A stretch of DNA of 63,977 bases, counting the filler, from Choristocarpus tenellus KU-1152 (lineage: Eukaryota; Protista; Phaeophyceae): assembly GCA_964200185.2 (NCBI GenBank). It is 8 parts of 8 records of this genome, joined end to end, with 100 filler letters (N's around TTAATTAATTAA, not from the genome) between each part and the next. Parts side by side here need not be neighbours in the genome. Positions count along the whole stretch, not along the records: positions 23,842 to 51,788 come from CAXNAD020000134.1; 7 more parts are not named here. One strand, 5' to 3'. The stretch's first letter is position 1. The number at the start of each line of letters is the position of its first letter. This document shows, piece after piece, positions 24,461-38,324 of this stretch. Below the pieces are notes generated by a model, which ran no database searches, had not been told where the DNA came from, and saw only the letters and a program-made list of their open reading frames with translations. The translations under genes were made by a program, and so were the position numbers.

Positions 24461-27400
24461 CTGAAATGCCTCGTCCGTGGCGGCTTCCAGGAAGGACATG
24501 TTCAGCGACTCCAGGGCAGGGCAAGAGTCAAACACTCGCTGAAGAGAGGCCCCACTGACACTTTTGCAACACGAAACGTTTAGCTCCTTCAGATTTCTGC
24601 ACACCTTCTGAAGATGGAGCACTAGCTCCCCTGTCACCTGGTAAAAAACGTCAACAATAATATATATATGTATATATATATAGCAACAAATCCTACACCA
24701 TTAGAGCGCTTCAATCGGCACAGGTTTTATCACCTGAAGAGAAGCAAGCGCAGTTTGCCCCTGCGAAATACTGAGGTACTCCCCAACTGCCTCCACAGGT
24801 GGAACAGTGGTACCTCAACACTTGACAAAATCAGATGCCGGGAACCTACCCAGCATGATCTGAGGGCCATCATCCCACTAATTCTGCACTCTCCCTGAGC
24901 AGCAATCTCAACCTTCACATTTCTCATTGAGTCCGCATGTACTCTAGACCCTCTCGCAGTCTACATATATTCTCCCTTCAAGGAGTCAGGTAAGCCGTAC
25001 TGTCTGTAATCGATCCAACCATTCTTCCAGCACAGACGATTGCAACTGTCTTCACCAGCAGAACACACATTGGTACCTCAACGTCTATAAAAGCAACAGA
25101 TACAGATGCAAATGCAATAGTATTTTGTGGTGTGAAGTTTATGGCTGAATCTGCAGCTATTTTAAATCCAACAAAAAAAGTGTTAATTCCAGACCTAAAA
25201 GCCGGATGCTCACTTGAGAATTCATTCCCTCCTATGACATGACCCGTCACAACCTTACCTAGACTGTAACCACTGGTGAATTAACTACAATTTCCATGCC
25301 AGCCAGCCATTGACTACATCCATGAGACCCCAGATTTCCACCACCATAAAATAAAAATAAAAACACACACACAAGGTTGACAGTGCAGCATTGACTAAAA
25401 TATAACAACCGATTGAACGTATCATCAATTTCCTTTACTGTACAACACAACCAATAAACATCGTACCACTGTACCACCCCTACTCTTAGTCCAGATAAAT
25501 TGTGGCTTTCCCCATACAGGTTGGCCTGTGAGAAAATTCAAGCAGAAAAACTGCAGTAAAAACGTACGAACAACCCTCTTTTTCATGGTTACAGCTACAG
25601 TTACAGTTGGTACAAATCTCCACAATTAGCCTATATATACCACAATACTACAGTCAGAAATCTTTCCTGAACTCTTGGTAACCCTAACCCTATTGGAAAA
25701 CCGTACATAACTGTCAGAATCCCGTAACAGAATCCCATAACAATACCACGGATTCCTAGCGGTGCTTTACACCCTACCATACTGTACCTTTCAGATAGTG
25801 TTACAGTACGATGACTGTCTATCTGGTTGTTCTATTACTGTGACAGTAATGCAATCAGTGCACTTGCCCTACTGCAACGTCTGGTGATACACTCACCGCA
25901 AAAGGAAAAAATACACAGACACTATTCTATTATAGTACTACTCTACTACAAAGTACATATTATTATTCCCACGGACATTTTGCAGATTTATTGCTATTTA
26001 CACTCTGGTTTTACACAAAATCCCGTTTCAGTGAGAACTAGGTTGTAGGTCCCTACTACAAACTACTGCATTATTCATATATATATATATATATATGGTA
26101 GTAGGTGAAACTCTAATCTTCAACTGTAGCCCTGGTACTATCATACTACTAACAAAACACTATGATAACCATGGAAGGATCAAAAGGCATGGATCTAGAG
26201 GCTTAAAAAACGTGATAATAGACCTGCAATGTCTCAGCTATCCACACACCATCAGAAAGAGAAACCATACAAACAATATACCCCCTAGCTTTCCAATCTA
26301 TCAAACATTATTTTCAAAACAGACTAGTCCCTTGCCTCATGGCGGTATCAATTAATTTACAGCAAAATAGACTCTCTCCCTCTTAAGTGTGGCAGCGGAG
26401 TCTGGTATTCAAAGACAGGTCAGACCCCACCACATTAGAAAGATCCAGGGAGCCAAACCCAAGTATATTTGCATGCACACACACACACACATACATACAC
26501 ACACACCTGTGGGCAGCTTTGGACGCTCAAGGTCTCAAGGGAAAACGCTCCAAGCAGCACGTAAAACGGAGACTGCTCAAGGTGGAATCCAGCATCAGTT
26601 ACTCTTCGACAACCATCCAGGTACAGCTGCCGGAGAGAGGAGCACCCTTGGAGCACACTCCGCACCACAGCATTGTTCACCTGATACAGAGCAAGATGAA
26701 TAAAACTGGAGTGTAACACATATGAATGTCTTCAGCACTCTATTACTAGTAGGGGGAAAGGTAACTTCGATACAAAAACACAAGATTGGGGGTGTCACCA
26801 TGACATCATAATCGAAACACACCTTTCCGTTCACAATATGAAATATACATCCTTAGAGGGATCGAGGCAGTAAACAGATTGGAGGATAGACCTCATCGAG
26901 ACCTTAAAAATGACAGGATTGGATGAGGTCGCACAGATCTCGAACCTCAGCAACATTTTTGCAGTGAGGTAGGATGAGTTACTAATGCTTGAGCTGCACC
27001 CCCTATTTGTCTCTCGCGTAACTACATCGTGCTGCCATCTTAGCTTTCTTTTCAGCTTCTCTCTCTCTACGGAGACCGAGAACTTTTCTTTCCAGAAGGC
27101 GTGTGTAATTGATTCCAAGGCGATCCGAAACTGCTCTAGCATTCTATTGTTAATGATTAGCTTCTGCCTCAAGTTTGTCCCACCATTTCCCCACAAACCC
27201 ACAAACGTTACTTCCACTCACCTGGGGGCACATGCTGAGGTTGAGGTGGATTACCCTTGGGCAGCTGAACCCTAGCTGCTTGAATACGCTGTTCTGTACG
27301 TTCGCACACCCAGAGAGGTCCACCTCAAGGGCGGCGGGGTTTAGGAAACCCGACAGGACGAATCCCGTAAGTTTGCGAACAGCCACCAGCCGTCGCAGTA

Positions 27401-27788
27401 GCCGTGCACATAGTTCATGGGGCATATGGTACACCTGTGGGAGGTAAACTGAACTATAGGCCTCCCAATTCTCAACCATGACATTTAGGCATCGGCTTGC
27501 GAGAGACTCAGACGCCCCAACTGAACATCTTGGAGTCATCGGATGCGCATCACACATGCCGATTGGTCCCTCTGGAATTGCCGGCGAACCAGACACGCCT
27601 ATCACCCCCCTCCCTTCCAAGGAACTCACAACAGCCCCATTATTATCTGCACCGGAAATTTCTCCTCTCGGTCCACGAGGCCATGCACACAGCACGTTCT
27701 GCGCCGCCTCATCGTACCTCCTACCCAGACCGCCACCCACGATACGGTGGGCAGGTACCGAGCGGAAGCAGGGTCTCAACTCCGCCAT
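24461..27788 (-). CDS. Cysteine-containing leucine-rich repeat protein (AMN1/F-box-LRR-like), 5' exons
   Basis: Exons 27788-27222, 26680-26507 and 24637-24461, all phase 0 with GT/AG. LRR_CC repeats: [66 protein letters not shown]. Further exons not resolved. Confidence 0.88.
25084..25224 (+). pseudogene. nadA: Isolated fragment of bacterial-type quinolinate synthase in an intron of the LRR gene
   Basis: Open frame [47 protein letters not shown] matches the NadA signature IVFCGV.FMAETA.ILNP.K.VL.P...AGCSL. AT-rich codons, no splice signals seen, flanks unrelated. Confidence 0.88.
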
Positions 27789-28889
27789 GTCACCGCTGTT
27801 AGACTGTTAGTTGATCTTCATACGCTGTTTTGAATCGTTCCCCTCGGGGGGCCGATGCTACAAACCTGTAAGGGAGGAAAGAGTACGGACAGCAAGTATG
27901 CAATGTACTTGAGTGTTTGAATAGAGGGGTTGACAGAAGGGGAATTTCGGTGGAGGATACTCCAAGTGACGTCGGCTCGTGATAGACATTGAGATGGGGA
28001 TATTCTCTTCCTACAGGACTTACGCCATAGCCCACTTGGAAAGGTAACGGTAAAGGTGGCCTTTATTGTGAGACATAAAGCAACTAGGCTACCCCAGCGC
28101 TTTGCGCAATTCCTGTGGCACACCTTCCAGTCCTCTCCCTAGACCAACAAGCATTGCAAAAATAGGACTTGACCACTTGATTATATTCTCCTCTTATTCT
28201 AGTCCTGTCCAACAACCTGCCAATAATCTACTATTCAATCATATTTGGGGTAGTAGAGAGGGTTGTGTTTAAGGGGGGGTGTAGAGGAGGTGGACGGTCG
28301 GTGGACGGTACTATCTTTCCAATACCTTCAGTCTCGAATCCTTCTTGTTGGACCAGATATAACTAAAGCAACAGGTATACCTACCTAGAGATAAAGACCA
28401 ACACACGAGAGAAAAGACCTAGGACGTTTGTGGTCCATAGTCTAAGATCATGTTTAAAGTTAATAAGGCTATAATGGCGAGTTTGATGGTTAACATCAAG
28501 GAGGTCAAGTGCATATTCAATCCTTTTGATGGTGGGGTCAACAGAGGAGCAAAGTAAGGAGAGGGGGGNNNNNNNNNNGGGGGGGGCGGGAGGGGGGGAG
28601 GGGGGGGGGAGGGGGGGGGGGGGGGGGGGGGTGGGGCGGGGAGAAGAAGAGTCTGGCTGTCGTGGATATGTTTTGGCATAATGCAAAGGCGCTGATAATG
28701 CAAGGAATCTCCAAATTTGATTTCACTCTGCTTAGTTTGCAAAGAAAGTAGCGACCTTGTGATTGAGGTAGTCCAATGATGGGCCCATCGGCTTGCCTCT
28801 CTGATCAACGATCTTGATTTCCCCCTATGGTAGTGTGTCGAGAAATTCCCCCATAGCAGGGAAGTACTGACTATATCCCAGCTCTAAAA

Positions 28890-31440
28890 TTGCTACGCCA
28901 CTCCTCTTTTGTCTGTGTCTTTGTCTCCACCCGTCAGGGAGATACTGAGGCAACTACAGAGTGATACGGTGAGGGGTTGCATGTACCAGCCTCGCCTCCC
29001 CCAAGGAGGAGGAATCAGTGGATTAATTACCCAATCTTTTTTACGGAAAGATTTAGCGTGTAGGCCTTCTTTCTCCCTGCGGAGCTGCCTCATGAATAGT
29101 TGATACAGTGATTTCCTATCCCTTTCTTCTCACTAAATGCTCCGCACCCCTCTTTGCACGTCGAAACGAGCAGAACGTGAACGCAAACCCTGATGCTAAG
29201 TTAGAAATGGTTCTCGTCGAAAAGGCAGCATGGCCAAGGGTAGAGGTCAAGTATGGTGAGTCATCCCATATTAGAGTTTGCATGGAGTGAAGTGAAGAGA
29301 CTCGCCAATTTGCCTCCCATATCGACATCCCAGGCCCCCACCAGGACTTCCCCTGCCCCCCTTGCCTCCTCAGACTCGAAAGTTTGAAAGTAGTGGACTA
29401 CTGTTGCTGGTTGCACTTGCACCTGCCAACCGAGTAGCTGTGCCTTCTCCAATTCTTCCTGCACCAAAATATGTATATTGAAAGTTGAGCAGGCTGTGCC
29501 CTGATGAATTGTTGTCATCTTGACAAAAGTACTTCTACCAAAATTTTCCCATTCCCCCTCCACCAATATTGAGCACAGCTAGAAGTTCTTATGCCTTGGT
29601 CAGCAAAGTGTTGAGATATTGCTGGTCAAATATATTTGTTTTGTGGATTACAAGACTAAATCCGTTAAGAAGCAATGTTGTTTGATTGGGTTTAAGAATG
29701 TATAGGAGCTTGTGTGTTTTGTTGCCAATAGCATGCAATGAGGGTGATTTTGTCTTTCTTGCAGAAGAGGGGTGTTGAGTGGAACCTCAGTACATCGAAA
29801 TGAGCATGCAGTGGCGGCGTCCAAATCCTGCTTCCTAAGTCATTCTCAGAACGCATTGCATACTCCCCAATCTCAAGTTGGAAGCAGTCGTGTAGATGGT
29901 GGCAATTCAATCAATATGTGATTTTGTGGCATCTCAGTTTGCATTGTTGTTGATCTCACTGATAATTGTCGTATCTTGGACTGCAAGAGGTATTTATAAC
30001 TGGGCAATGATTGTCAGGAGTACGTTTTGCTTGGTACAGATGCCAAAATCATCCAGTAAACTGCTGCCAACCTTTCCCTTACATACATTAATAAGTAGCA
30101 CCACTCTTGATGCTTCCTTGGCTTTAATTTCAAGGAATCGACATCTGACTTCATGCCCTCATTCCATCCCCCCCTCCCTGACCTTGAAACATCTGAACTT
30201 GTGCTCTGCATGCATGGGTATGGATGTGTGCTCTCAGTGGATGGTACTGAGCAGAATTGGTGGGCTCATCAGCTTACAGCGCAGGAGATCATGTCAGAGA
30301 TCTTTATGCATGCACGTATAGTGCAGAACAAGCGAGAGGGCTTTTGACATGAGCACACTTAGTAGTATCCTGTGATATGGCATGAAGTTTGACAGTCCAG
30401 GCGTCAGAATATACCTCTGATAGTGGATGCACAGTATGCCCCCTCCCTGCCCTCTGCTGATGTATTGATATATTATTAGGTGCAGTAATGTGTGGTGCGC
30501 ACTGGGAGTAACATTGAAACTGCCTCAGATGGCAAATCAGTTTAACATATCACACTCTCCTCATTATGAATTGGTAGCGTGCCTCCATGTGAACATCCCT
30601 TGCTAAGCAAGACAAAAGCTGCCAGCCAGATAAATCCAAAGGGCCTTTAATGTTCCCCAGGACCCCCAGCCCTCCCCCGATCTGATTTCCAACATTTGGG
30701 GTTTGATTGTTGAGTCTGTCACAGTGGGACAAGTACCTATGTCTCATGCATCCTAGTCAGAGTGACTGTGTTTCTCATTGATGCAATGCTGTTGCTTGTG
30801 TGTTTGTTTATGTTGTCCCTCTCCAGCTAGGATGTGAAGGGAAAATTCTTTACTTCAGTAGTGTTCTTATGCACAAGTGCCTTCCTTTCCTCGTCAATCA
30901 CCCCCTCCTCAACCCTGCGATGTACTCACAAGTCTACAGGAAGAAAGAAATGTGCATGTAGTTGTAAGAGTGAGGCATTGTTGCATATGGGAATCTAGTT
31001 GGCATACTGTTTGGGGCTCATGACCTAAACTGCGGACAGAACTTGACCTGCTATTACACCTACATGTTGCTTGAGTGGTGTGCTTGTCTTGTTGTGCTGC
31101 CCTACATGACCTGTGTTGTGTGGTCTCCTTTTATTCCTGAATGACTGTCTTTCCTATTGGTTTGGTGTTTTAGTTCACAGTTCGTAGCAGCAGTAGTGGG
31201 TGATACAAACAAGTCTCAAAAGTACCAAGATGGCCAGGGTGGGGGGATGTTACCACTCTAAAAACACTCTATCAAGTCAATGTGGCCTGTAGACTTTTTT
31301 GTGTAATTGTTGACTTTGACAATAGCCTCCCATGCCTCGGGTCCGGCTTCACCCATTTTGTCCAGCTGGCATGTGTCTAATTTTGGAGGCACCTGAGGAT
31401 CCCTCTGTGGAAAGCGTCCAAGTACTGCAACAAAATGTAA
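28890..31440 (-). pseudogene. SBNO-like: Decayed SBNO-like helicase, copy G
   Basis: QYLDAFHRG (~31400-31430); AGQVLSA (~31030-31055); NVLLTIIAQL..IISEI (~29950-30025); DCFQ..AMRSE..WQQNTQAP (29692-29910); QLLGWQVQVQ..VHYFQTF..GAWD (29261-29566; cf. [20 protein letters not shown]..GRYD); STLGHAAFSTRTIS (cf. STSGHVELYTIS). Confidence 0.65.
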
Positions 31441-31449
31441 ACTGTTTTT

Positions 31450-31870
31450 ACCGTTGCAACCACTCTTGAGGGCGTTTGGAAAGTTCTAACCTAACCACAA
31501 GCCACAACTGTCGCACAAATGAATGTCAATCCACTCCTTAGGTCTTAGCCTGACCAATGGCTTGATTAACGTCCCAATGCATCAATTCCCAATCCGTGTC
31601 TGTACCTCAATCCAACCTTTTTTGGGTAATGCAGGTGAAGAAATGTGTTGGGTTGATGATGTCACGGAAATCCGACCCCTCAATGCAACAAATATCTTCT
31701 GCTACCAGATGTGCCTTGTGTTTCACTACCTCTTTGTTTATTTTCTTTTGTGGATCCACTTCCTATCAGTTACATTATATCCAGGGGGTAAACTAACCTC
31801 AACCCACCATTCTTTCCATATTATGCCAGATATTCTTCTTCTCTGGCTCAATCCCTCCTCTCACACCTGG
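31450..31870 (-). mobile_element. Ty1/copia reverse transcriptase remnant
   Basis: EVSLPPGYNVTDRKWIHKRKINKEVVKHKAHLVAEDICCIEGSDFRDIINP..ELMHWDVNQA matches RVT_2 (KWVFK.K..KARLVA.G..Q..G.DF; DVktAF). Confidence 0.8.
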
Positions 31871-32054
31871 GAGAACTATGTGCTGTCTTGACAGTTGAGG
31901 ATTTGAGGGAACTTCATCAGGTAACACTTTCATCAAAGAATCACATGCTCACAAAAGCAAGGGTAGACTCAGTCAAAACAGGTAAACACACGAACAAGAT
32001 ACTGATGTCTAGTCAAACACAGTTCTTCCAGATTCACCGGAAGTATTTGGATGG

Positions 32055-35000
32055 TCATAACATCTGGTATGGGCTGCGGAACATTGTTGTTGTCTCCATT
32101 ATCCAATCGTTGGTATTCTGTTCCGCCGTAGTCAGTTTCCTCCTCGTTGTCATCCTCACCACTTCTGATACTCCACCTAATACTACAACCTCCATCAACT
32201 CAAGCTTCTGGGCTGGAGACAAAGTTACTGTACGCAAACCTGCCCTCAATGCGCATGGGGAGGAAGTATGTAGATGAGAACTAAGCTTCATTCCTGTTGT
32301 CAATGGGGATTTCCCCATCTTCAGTTAGATTTCAATGTTTACCTGCACGTTGCACCACTTGATCTGTCTCCTTATCTACCACGCAGAAATGGGCCTACAC
32401 TTGGTCCCATGATATTCCAAGCATGATTCACTTCTAACATCTGCTGCCATTTTTTGCGGGGTATTAATGCAATAGTAGCCTAGAGTGCCAAAAGTCCCAC
32501 CAGCAAATCTATATCACCGCAAAGGGTGCAACAAGGTGATACCCCATTGTTGGAGGCAGTAGCTGTCCTGTGCAGTATGAAAGCTGTGTATTGATATGCA
32601 TTTCCCAACAACACAAGTCTGCTGCCAAGCCTCATGAAGGTTTTGCTCTCTTGCCTGTATCACTTAATTATACTGCAGTTCGCCTGTTCTTGACGCCTCT
32701 TGTGCAGCACTCATTTCTACCAGCAGAGCCTGAAAGTTCTCCCATCTCACTTTCCCCCAGGATCGTCCTGGACATATTGAACACTCACTTATCCAACTGG
32801 TGGAACCGCATCCTTGTGCCACTGTGCCAGTTCTGGTACAGCCCTGTCCTTCCTCATAAGCCAAGTACTCAAGCAAAGTCACTGACATTGCCGGCAATGA
32901 TTGGTGTGTACTCTGCTTCATATGTGTAGACGCTCTTGGGGTCAGTGAGTTTGAGAAGAGATGCGAGAGAAATGATGTCCTCTCCTGAATATCATATGGC
33001 CTTGGCACAGCCAATCCACCAGCAATGACTCAAAACACCTGTCAGCTTTATGCCTTGCTCCATTGGTGTTCACTGCAGTATAGACTCACCTATGTGATTC
33101 AGATTGCCGTGAACTGCATTATTATGTATGGAGGGGGATTGTACCCTAGCAGGTGCACAAATAGGGTAGTCTTAAATGAATGACAAAACCTGTTTGAGGT
33201 GTAACCCCTTTCCATCAGATATCATGATAGATGCGTGGTGTAATTAACCATTCGGTGGGGCAAGCAGGTGGAATGCAGGAAAATAGATGATAGGTAGCAT
33301 AAGGCGCAAATGCAACGGGCATCAATATGTGACCTCTATATGTTTCGCAGGGAGCTATCAATATGTTGAGACAAAGTGTCACATACCCCACAATCTGTGT
33401 TGGGATTTTGTAAACAAGGGTCATACTCCTAGCATCACTGCATGGGGTGAAATCACACATGCATCTCAGTGGCGTCATGGGTCATGATGCTAATGGAAAT
33501 CGAATTAAAAGACCATTTTACATAACCTAACATTCCCATGTGGTTGTCTCAGTCCCAAATAGTGTCTATAGAGAGGTCGAATCTTCTTGGTCTACTGTTA
33601 CAGCGTCTGGACAGTTGTTCTCCAATCCACTTACACCTCCACCTCAGTGGATGTGATCGTCACATCCGGACAACACACTGACCTCAGCTTCTTACCACAG
33701 TTGGAACATCAACAAACGTACAGTCGCTATTTGCTATGGATCCAGGTTCCACACCTAGCGAATGTTACACCCTCTAGACAGGTGCTGTGGCAGCCTTTCT
33801 CCAGCACTGCTAATTTTTTTGTGGTGTTGTTGTCTCACCGTCAGTGCATTCATTCTCTTGCCGTTCATGTTCCTCAGACTCCTTCTCAAGGGCTACTTAC
33901 CTAAAGTTGGCGGCCCCTTTGATGACTTCCTCATTTTTCCCTCCTTCCCGTGGTGTTGGAGATAATGCTTTGTGGTTGATTAGCCACTGCTAATGGCAGT
34001 TTGGCATTGCAATCTGAATAGTTTGATCCGACATGTCACACCCCATCATTACGCCCTGACTTACCCAGTGAGCCATGCTTGTGAAGGTCAACTGAGTATC
34101 TGACCTAGGTGGGATTTGATTGTAAATTTCGTTGGAATCACACCATCTATTTGCGTGAACAGTTCAGAAAATATGCCTTCATCTGTTTCCAAGCATCTGA
34201 TGGCAATTCTGCATTCCTGAATATACTGCCGTACAGCTTGCCAATACTCCTCAAAAAGATAGCAGGTACCTTCCTGGCCCTCCCTGACGATATCTTCCTC
34301 ACTCACCCTTTCTGGCTTCAAGAAAGAAACATAGCCAATACGAAGAGGTTTTGCCTTCCCTCTCCTTCAGAGTTGCTTCATTCTACCATTGCCCCCAGAT
34401 ACTATTGTGTGGAGGGGAACCAGTGCACAGTGTTCTTGGAGGTGTGCTGTAGCAGCTTTGCCTGAAATAAAATATCTGAGGTCAACCTTTGAGCGTGTTG
34501 AAAGCTCATGTAATGTGGAGCTTGTTGCCCAACTACTGATGGGTCAAAGTATCTGGGGGGGGTGGTGGTTTGTGAGGGGGCGTCCGTTTCGGAGAAATAA
34601 TTATTGTTTTTGCTGACATTTCAAATCCGACACGTGTGACCAAATCACACCAAAAAGTGAAAATCGAAAAAAGGGTAAAAAACGGAGGCTGACACCCCCT
34701 CCCCAGATACTTTGACCCCGATAGGGTGTGATTTTAAAAACACTGTAATATTGTACCCCCTCATTATGCGATGATACAAGCCCCCAGTCACATGTTATGC
34801 TGTGTCATAGTATGACGAAATTGTAACCATCTGCGTCAGGCTGAAGATGTATTTCCAATGCTTAAGCAATTTTGTTCGTTTTACCGACCACATGAAACAG
34901 TAATAGTCCCACAGAGTAGAAGTTACCAAGGTCAGTGCAATGAGGACAAATCACCTCTTCTTGCCAATGATGTTGTCTCCACTACCATCAACGAATTTAT

Positions 35001-35090
35001 ACCGACAGGTCTACTTGGTAATATGATAACTGGTCTTATTGCTACGGGTATGAGAATGTTGTGCCACTTGCTTCCTCTCAAATAACCACA
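32055..35090 (-). pseudogene. SBNO-like: Decayed SBNO-like helicase, copy H
   Basis: GYLRGSKW (~35065-35087); IVSGGNGRM..KAKPLRIGYVSF..EE (34300-34405; cf. VERRGVGAM..MKLRGMYIARQLSF..EE); EEYWQAVR; ENFQ..QEASRTG..LHEAW; SYCTGQLLPP..YRFAG..ADVR (32435-32585; cf. THRSNQVTAP..QRFAS..GDRR); VLGGVSEVVRM (cf. DLGSGDEKVRK). MITE at 34541. Confidence 0.7.
34541..34718. mobile_element. MITE family 4 (178 bp), TSD TGAT/CGAT
   Basis: TIRs gggtcaaagtatctgggg / ccccagatactttgaccc. The flanks differ by one C/T. Confidence 0.88.
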
Positions 35091-35539
35091 GCCAAAGCAA
35101 CAACCAACAAAATCTAGCTATAATCGTCTAAACTAGTCAGTAATGTGAGCTGGTCCAGCAAATTTATGTAGATGTGTAGCCCCTCTGGGACGGGCTGGAT
35201 CCCTGAGTCGTCAGGGGTTGAGCGTGTACAAGAGCGAGGAACAGGAAAAGAGGAAGCGAGGAGTGACTTTTGCGCATGAGGGAGCTTACGTTGAATCAAG
35301 GTGCTGCGTCTAAATCTGACCTACATACGACCTCTATCTATTGGTATTGCCTCTACTATGTTCAAGGACAAGGGGTGGTACTGATAACGTACAGACAGAT
35401 AGATGGATGGATGGATAGATGGATAGATGGGCAGGAATTACTTGGTTTTAGTAAGCGAGTGACCGAAGTAGACAGTAAGGTGAATAGTAGGGCCCAAACT
35501 CCAAACAAGTCGTAAAAAAACAGGTCGGTCTGGACCAAA

Positions 35540-35700
35540 GAATAAGAGGGTAGGAGTTTCGCCCTGTTTGTCCGTTCGGGGCTTGACTTTCCACGTTTTT
35601 TTTATCGCCTTTTTCGGTTTTCTGTGTGAGCACAGATACCTAAAATGTATTCGACTATGTAAGGTCTGTCCGGAGGAAGGATATTGACACTTGCTTGTCG
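35540..35700. mobile_element. MITE family 1, partial divergent copy
   Basis: taagagggtaggagtttcgccctgtttgtccgttcgggg... is the reverse complement of the 17147 copy. Confidence 0.75.
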
Positions 35701-35864
35701 ATGTAGGAATTGCTGTGTGTGTGTTTTTTTTTCTGCTTCTTTGACGTACAACAGTAGTAGTACAACTTTGGTTATGTATTTGATACTTCTCAAAGTACAA
35801 AGTAGTATAGTCCTTTCCTGTTGTTACTGTGTTATATTCCTTACGTATATAGTGTGTCTTCTCT

Positions 35865-36030
35865 TGGTGTTTGGAATGAAAGAATCCCAGGCCGTTGATT
35901 GAGGTCAGGTGAGTTGACTGACTTGATCGCCATAACATTGTCGTCCCCCGCCATCTCCTCGATTGCGTCCTTGATCCCCCTCATGATGTGTGGCTTTGCT
36001 CCATCCTGCTGCATAGAGATGGTGTATCCT
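35865..36030 (-). mobile_element. Mariner DD39D-type transposase remnant
   Basis: ISMQQDGAKPH..SVNSPDL followed by frameshifted GLGFFHS. Confidence 0.8.
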
Positions 36031-37361
36031 TCACACTCCACAATTATTATTGTATTGCCATTATTGCGTTCTGTTGTTTTCTTTCCTTTAAGTCTCTTCT
36101 TTTTCCTATATGACAACGTGCGTTTGTAAGGTCTCTACAATCATAACAATAAATACTATGGTAGGACTAAAACTTTCAAACAACTTGTAAAGAGAAAAAC
36201 CAGAGCTGGTTCTGGAACGTACAGACAAACATAAGGATGGATGTTGAGGGATTTTTTGGTTTTACATGGTATGTATGTGAGACAGACCCAAAATAATGTT
36301 AGGGATTATGTTGGGGGATGATTACAGAGAAGCAAGAACACAGGAAAAATACAGAAGAGAGGATGAAATAGATGTAGTCAAGATTAGGTAGGAAGGGCAA
36401 CCAAAAGATCACTCAGGCACTATGCAGTAACACCCAATACCTGGTTCACTCGATTCTTGATTGTGAAGGACTTCGACCAATCACGTCCAAGATACTGTCA
36501 ACCGCAACAAGGTCCCCCAACAAACTCAAGGTGCGCATCCTGTGCACACGCGCAACAGTGCTACCTCCGTGGACTTATTCAATAAATATGACGCAAGGTA
36601 TTGCTTCTCTAATCCAATTGAGGCGATGAGATGTGGATGATCAGGCCATACTTTTTATAGAGATTTCGTGAAGATCATAAGCCAATTTTCGCAAATGCTA
36701 ATAATTCTGTTCAGCAACATTGACTTAACTACGTTGATTGGACTTGTAACAAAAAATAGATTTTATGTGGTAGCGGAATTCACCAAGGGACAACCAAGCT
36801 AATTATTATTCCACATCAGGTGGGCCAAGCCCAAAAAGCACCCTGTCTGGCTGAAATGTATGAGCTCTGTCCTCTTCAAAGTCGCAATGCAATAGAACGA
36901 ATTTACCATGCATCCTAAAAAACAGTATCTCAACCAACTTCTGGAAATATCATCACACAGGGACCACACACATGCGCCCTGCTATTAGCCTCCTCTTCTG
37001 CGTGCTGATTCGTATCACACACCCTGCAATAGTAGCACATAAATACACAAAGCAGAAAGGGGCGCACCACACTACACACAGGACAGGGTAGTCTGACCAC
37101 TACACCTCCACCCTGTCCAGCTGGAGAAATGGAAGAGTTTTCAACAGGACATTTGGCAATGATGCAGGGGGCACCTCATACCCGCTGCTCATGGTCTGTC
37201 TCATCGCATAGCATGCTAAGGGAACATGATGATGACTGTTCAGTCCCATCACGCGGGGTGGTGAGGCTCTGCAGTCAAGTTGGTCTCCAAAACGGGCTAT
37301 CTCTACTCCACACCTCCTTTCGTCATTTAACATCATCTGCTGGTGGACTATCTATTTTTTT

Positions 37362-37599
37362 CAGTGAAAGTATCTTAGAGGGTACGAGTTTTGCCTTGTT
37401 TGTCCATTTGGGGCTTGGCTTCCCATGTTTTTTTTTACAACATCTTCCTATTCCAAAATTTTATAAAAAGGTATGCCCAGAGCATGGATATTGATACTTC
37501 CTAACTAACAAACACGATAGCCAAAATTACATCAAAATCGCAACATTGGATTTTGGCCCCAAAATGGACGCGGCTCTACCCTCTAAGATACTTTGGCTC
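37362..37599. mobile_element. MITE family 1 (small internal deletion)
   Basis: agtgaaagtatcttagagggtacgag...ccctctaagatactttggctc. Confidence 0.88.
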
Positions 37600-38324
37600 C
37601 CTCATTGCCGTTATTGTATTAGAAGCAGCAGCAGCAGGGGTGGTGGTGGCAAGTCGTACTGCTAGTAGTAGTTATAATTGTACTACTAGTAGTAGCAGTA
37701 TTGCTGATACAGAAAACAACACAAGTTCACACAGAACATACGAGGCTTTGCCACAAAAGCCAACAACAGCCATGATCATCGCCACTGAGTGACAAGGTAC
37801 AACACTCCTTAAATGCCAACAGATCACGCACAGACGCACAACACTACACGAGATTAGGCCTCATTTCAGGAAGCTCCCAACAACTGACGAACTATAGTAT
37901 GCATGAGAAAATGACATATCAGTTCTGTCTCGCAGAAATCAACCGCCAAAAAAGGCTGATTTCCAGGGATCTCGCTCTGGGTTTCAATAATCCACTCTGG
38001 CCTCAAAACGTTCAGTGTTTGGAGTGTTATCATCATATGCAGTAGTGTCCATGGATCGGTAGGTTTTCCCTCAGTCTCAAGAATTTATTTTCTGAAGGTT
38101 GTTCACTGATGACACAGCTTACTGTGTACGGAATAGTCCTTGCGTCACGTCATTTTTTTTATATCATCAACATGAGGTACTGTTTTTGAGATTGATGCCA
38201 TGTAAATTTTCGGTAGGAACTGGTCTTGATATTGTGGGGAATTTGGTGGTGGTGTCGCAGCTTTCTCTCTTTCTTTCTTTGTTTGTGAGCGATTTTTTGA
38301 GACTTTTACAAAGAGTATGCGTAA

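Noticed and set aside
24978-25250. 90-aa minus-strand ORF in the track
   Set aside because: It is the antisense shadow of the nadA fragment on the plus strand.
28562-28641. Proline/glycine-rich ORFs over poly-G/C tracts (also 21269-21360)
   Set aside because: They are homopolymer tracts beside N gaps, so the ORFs are low-complexity artefacts.
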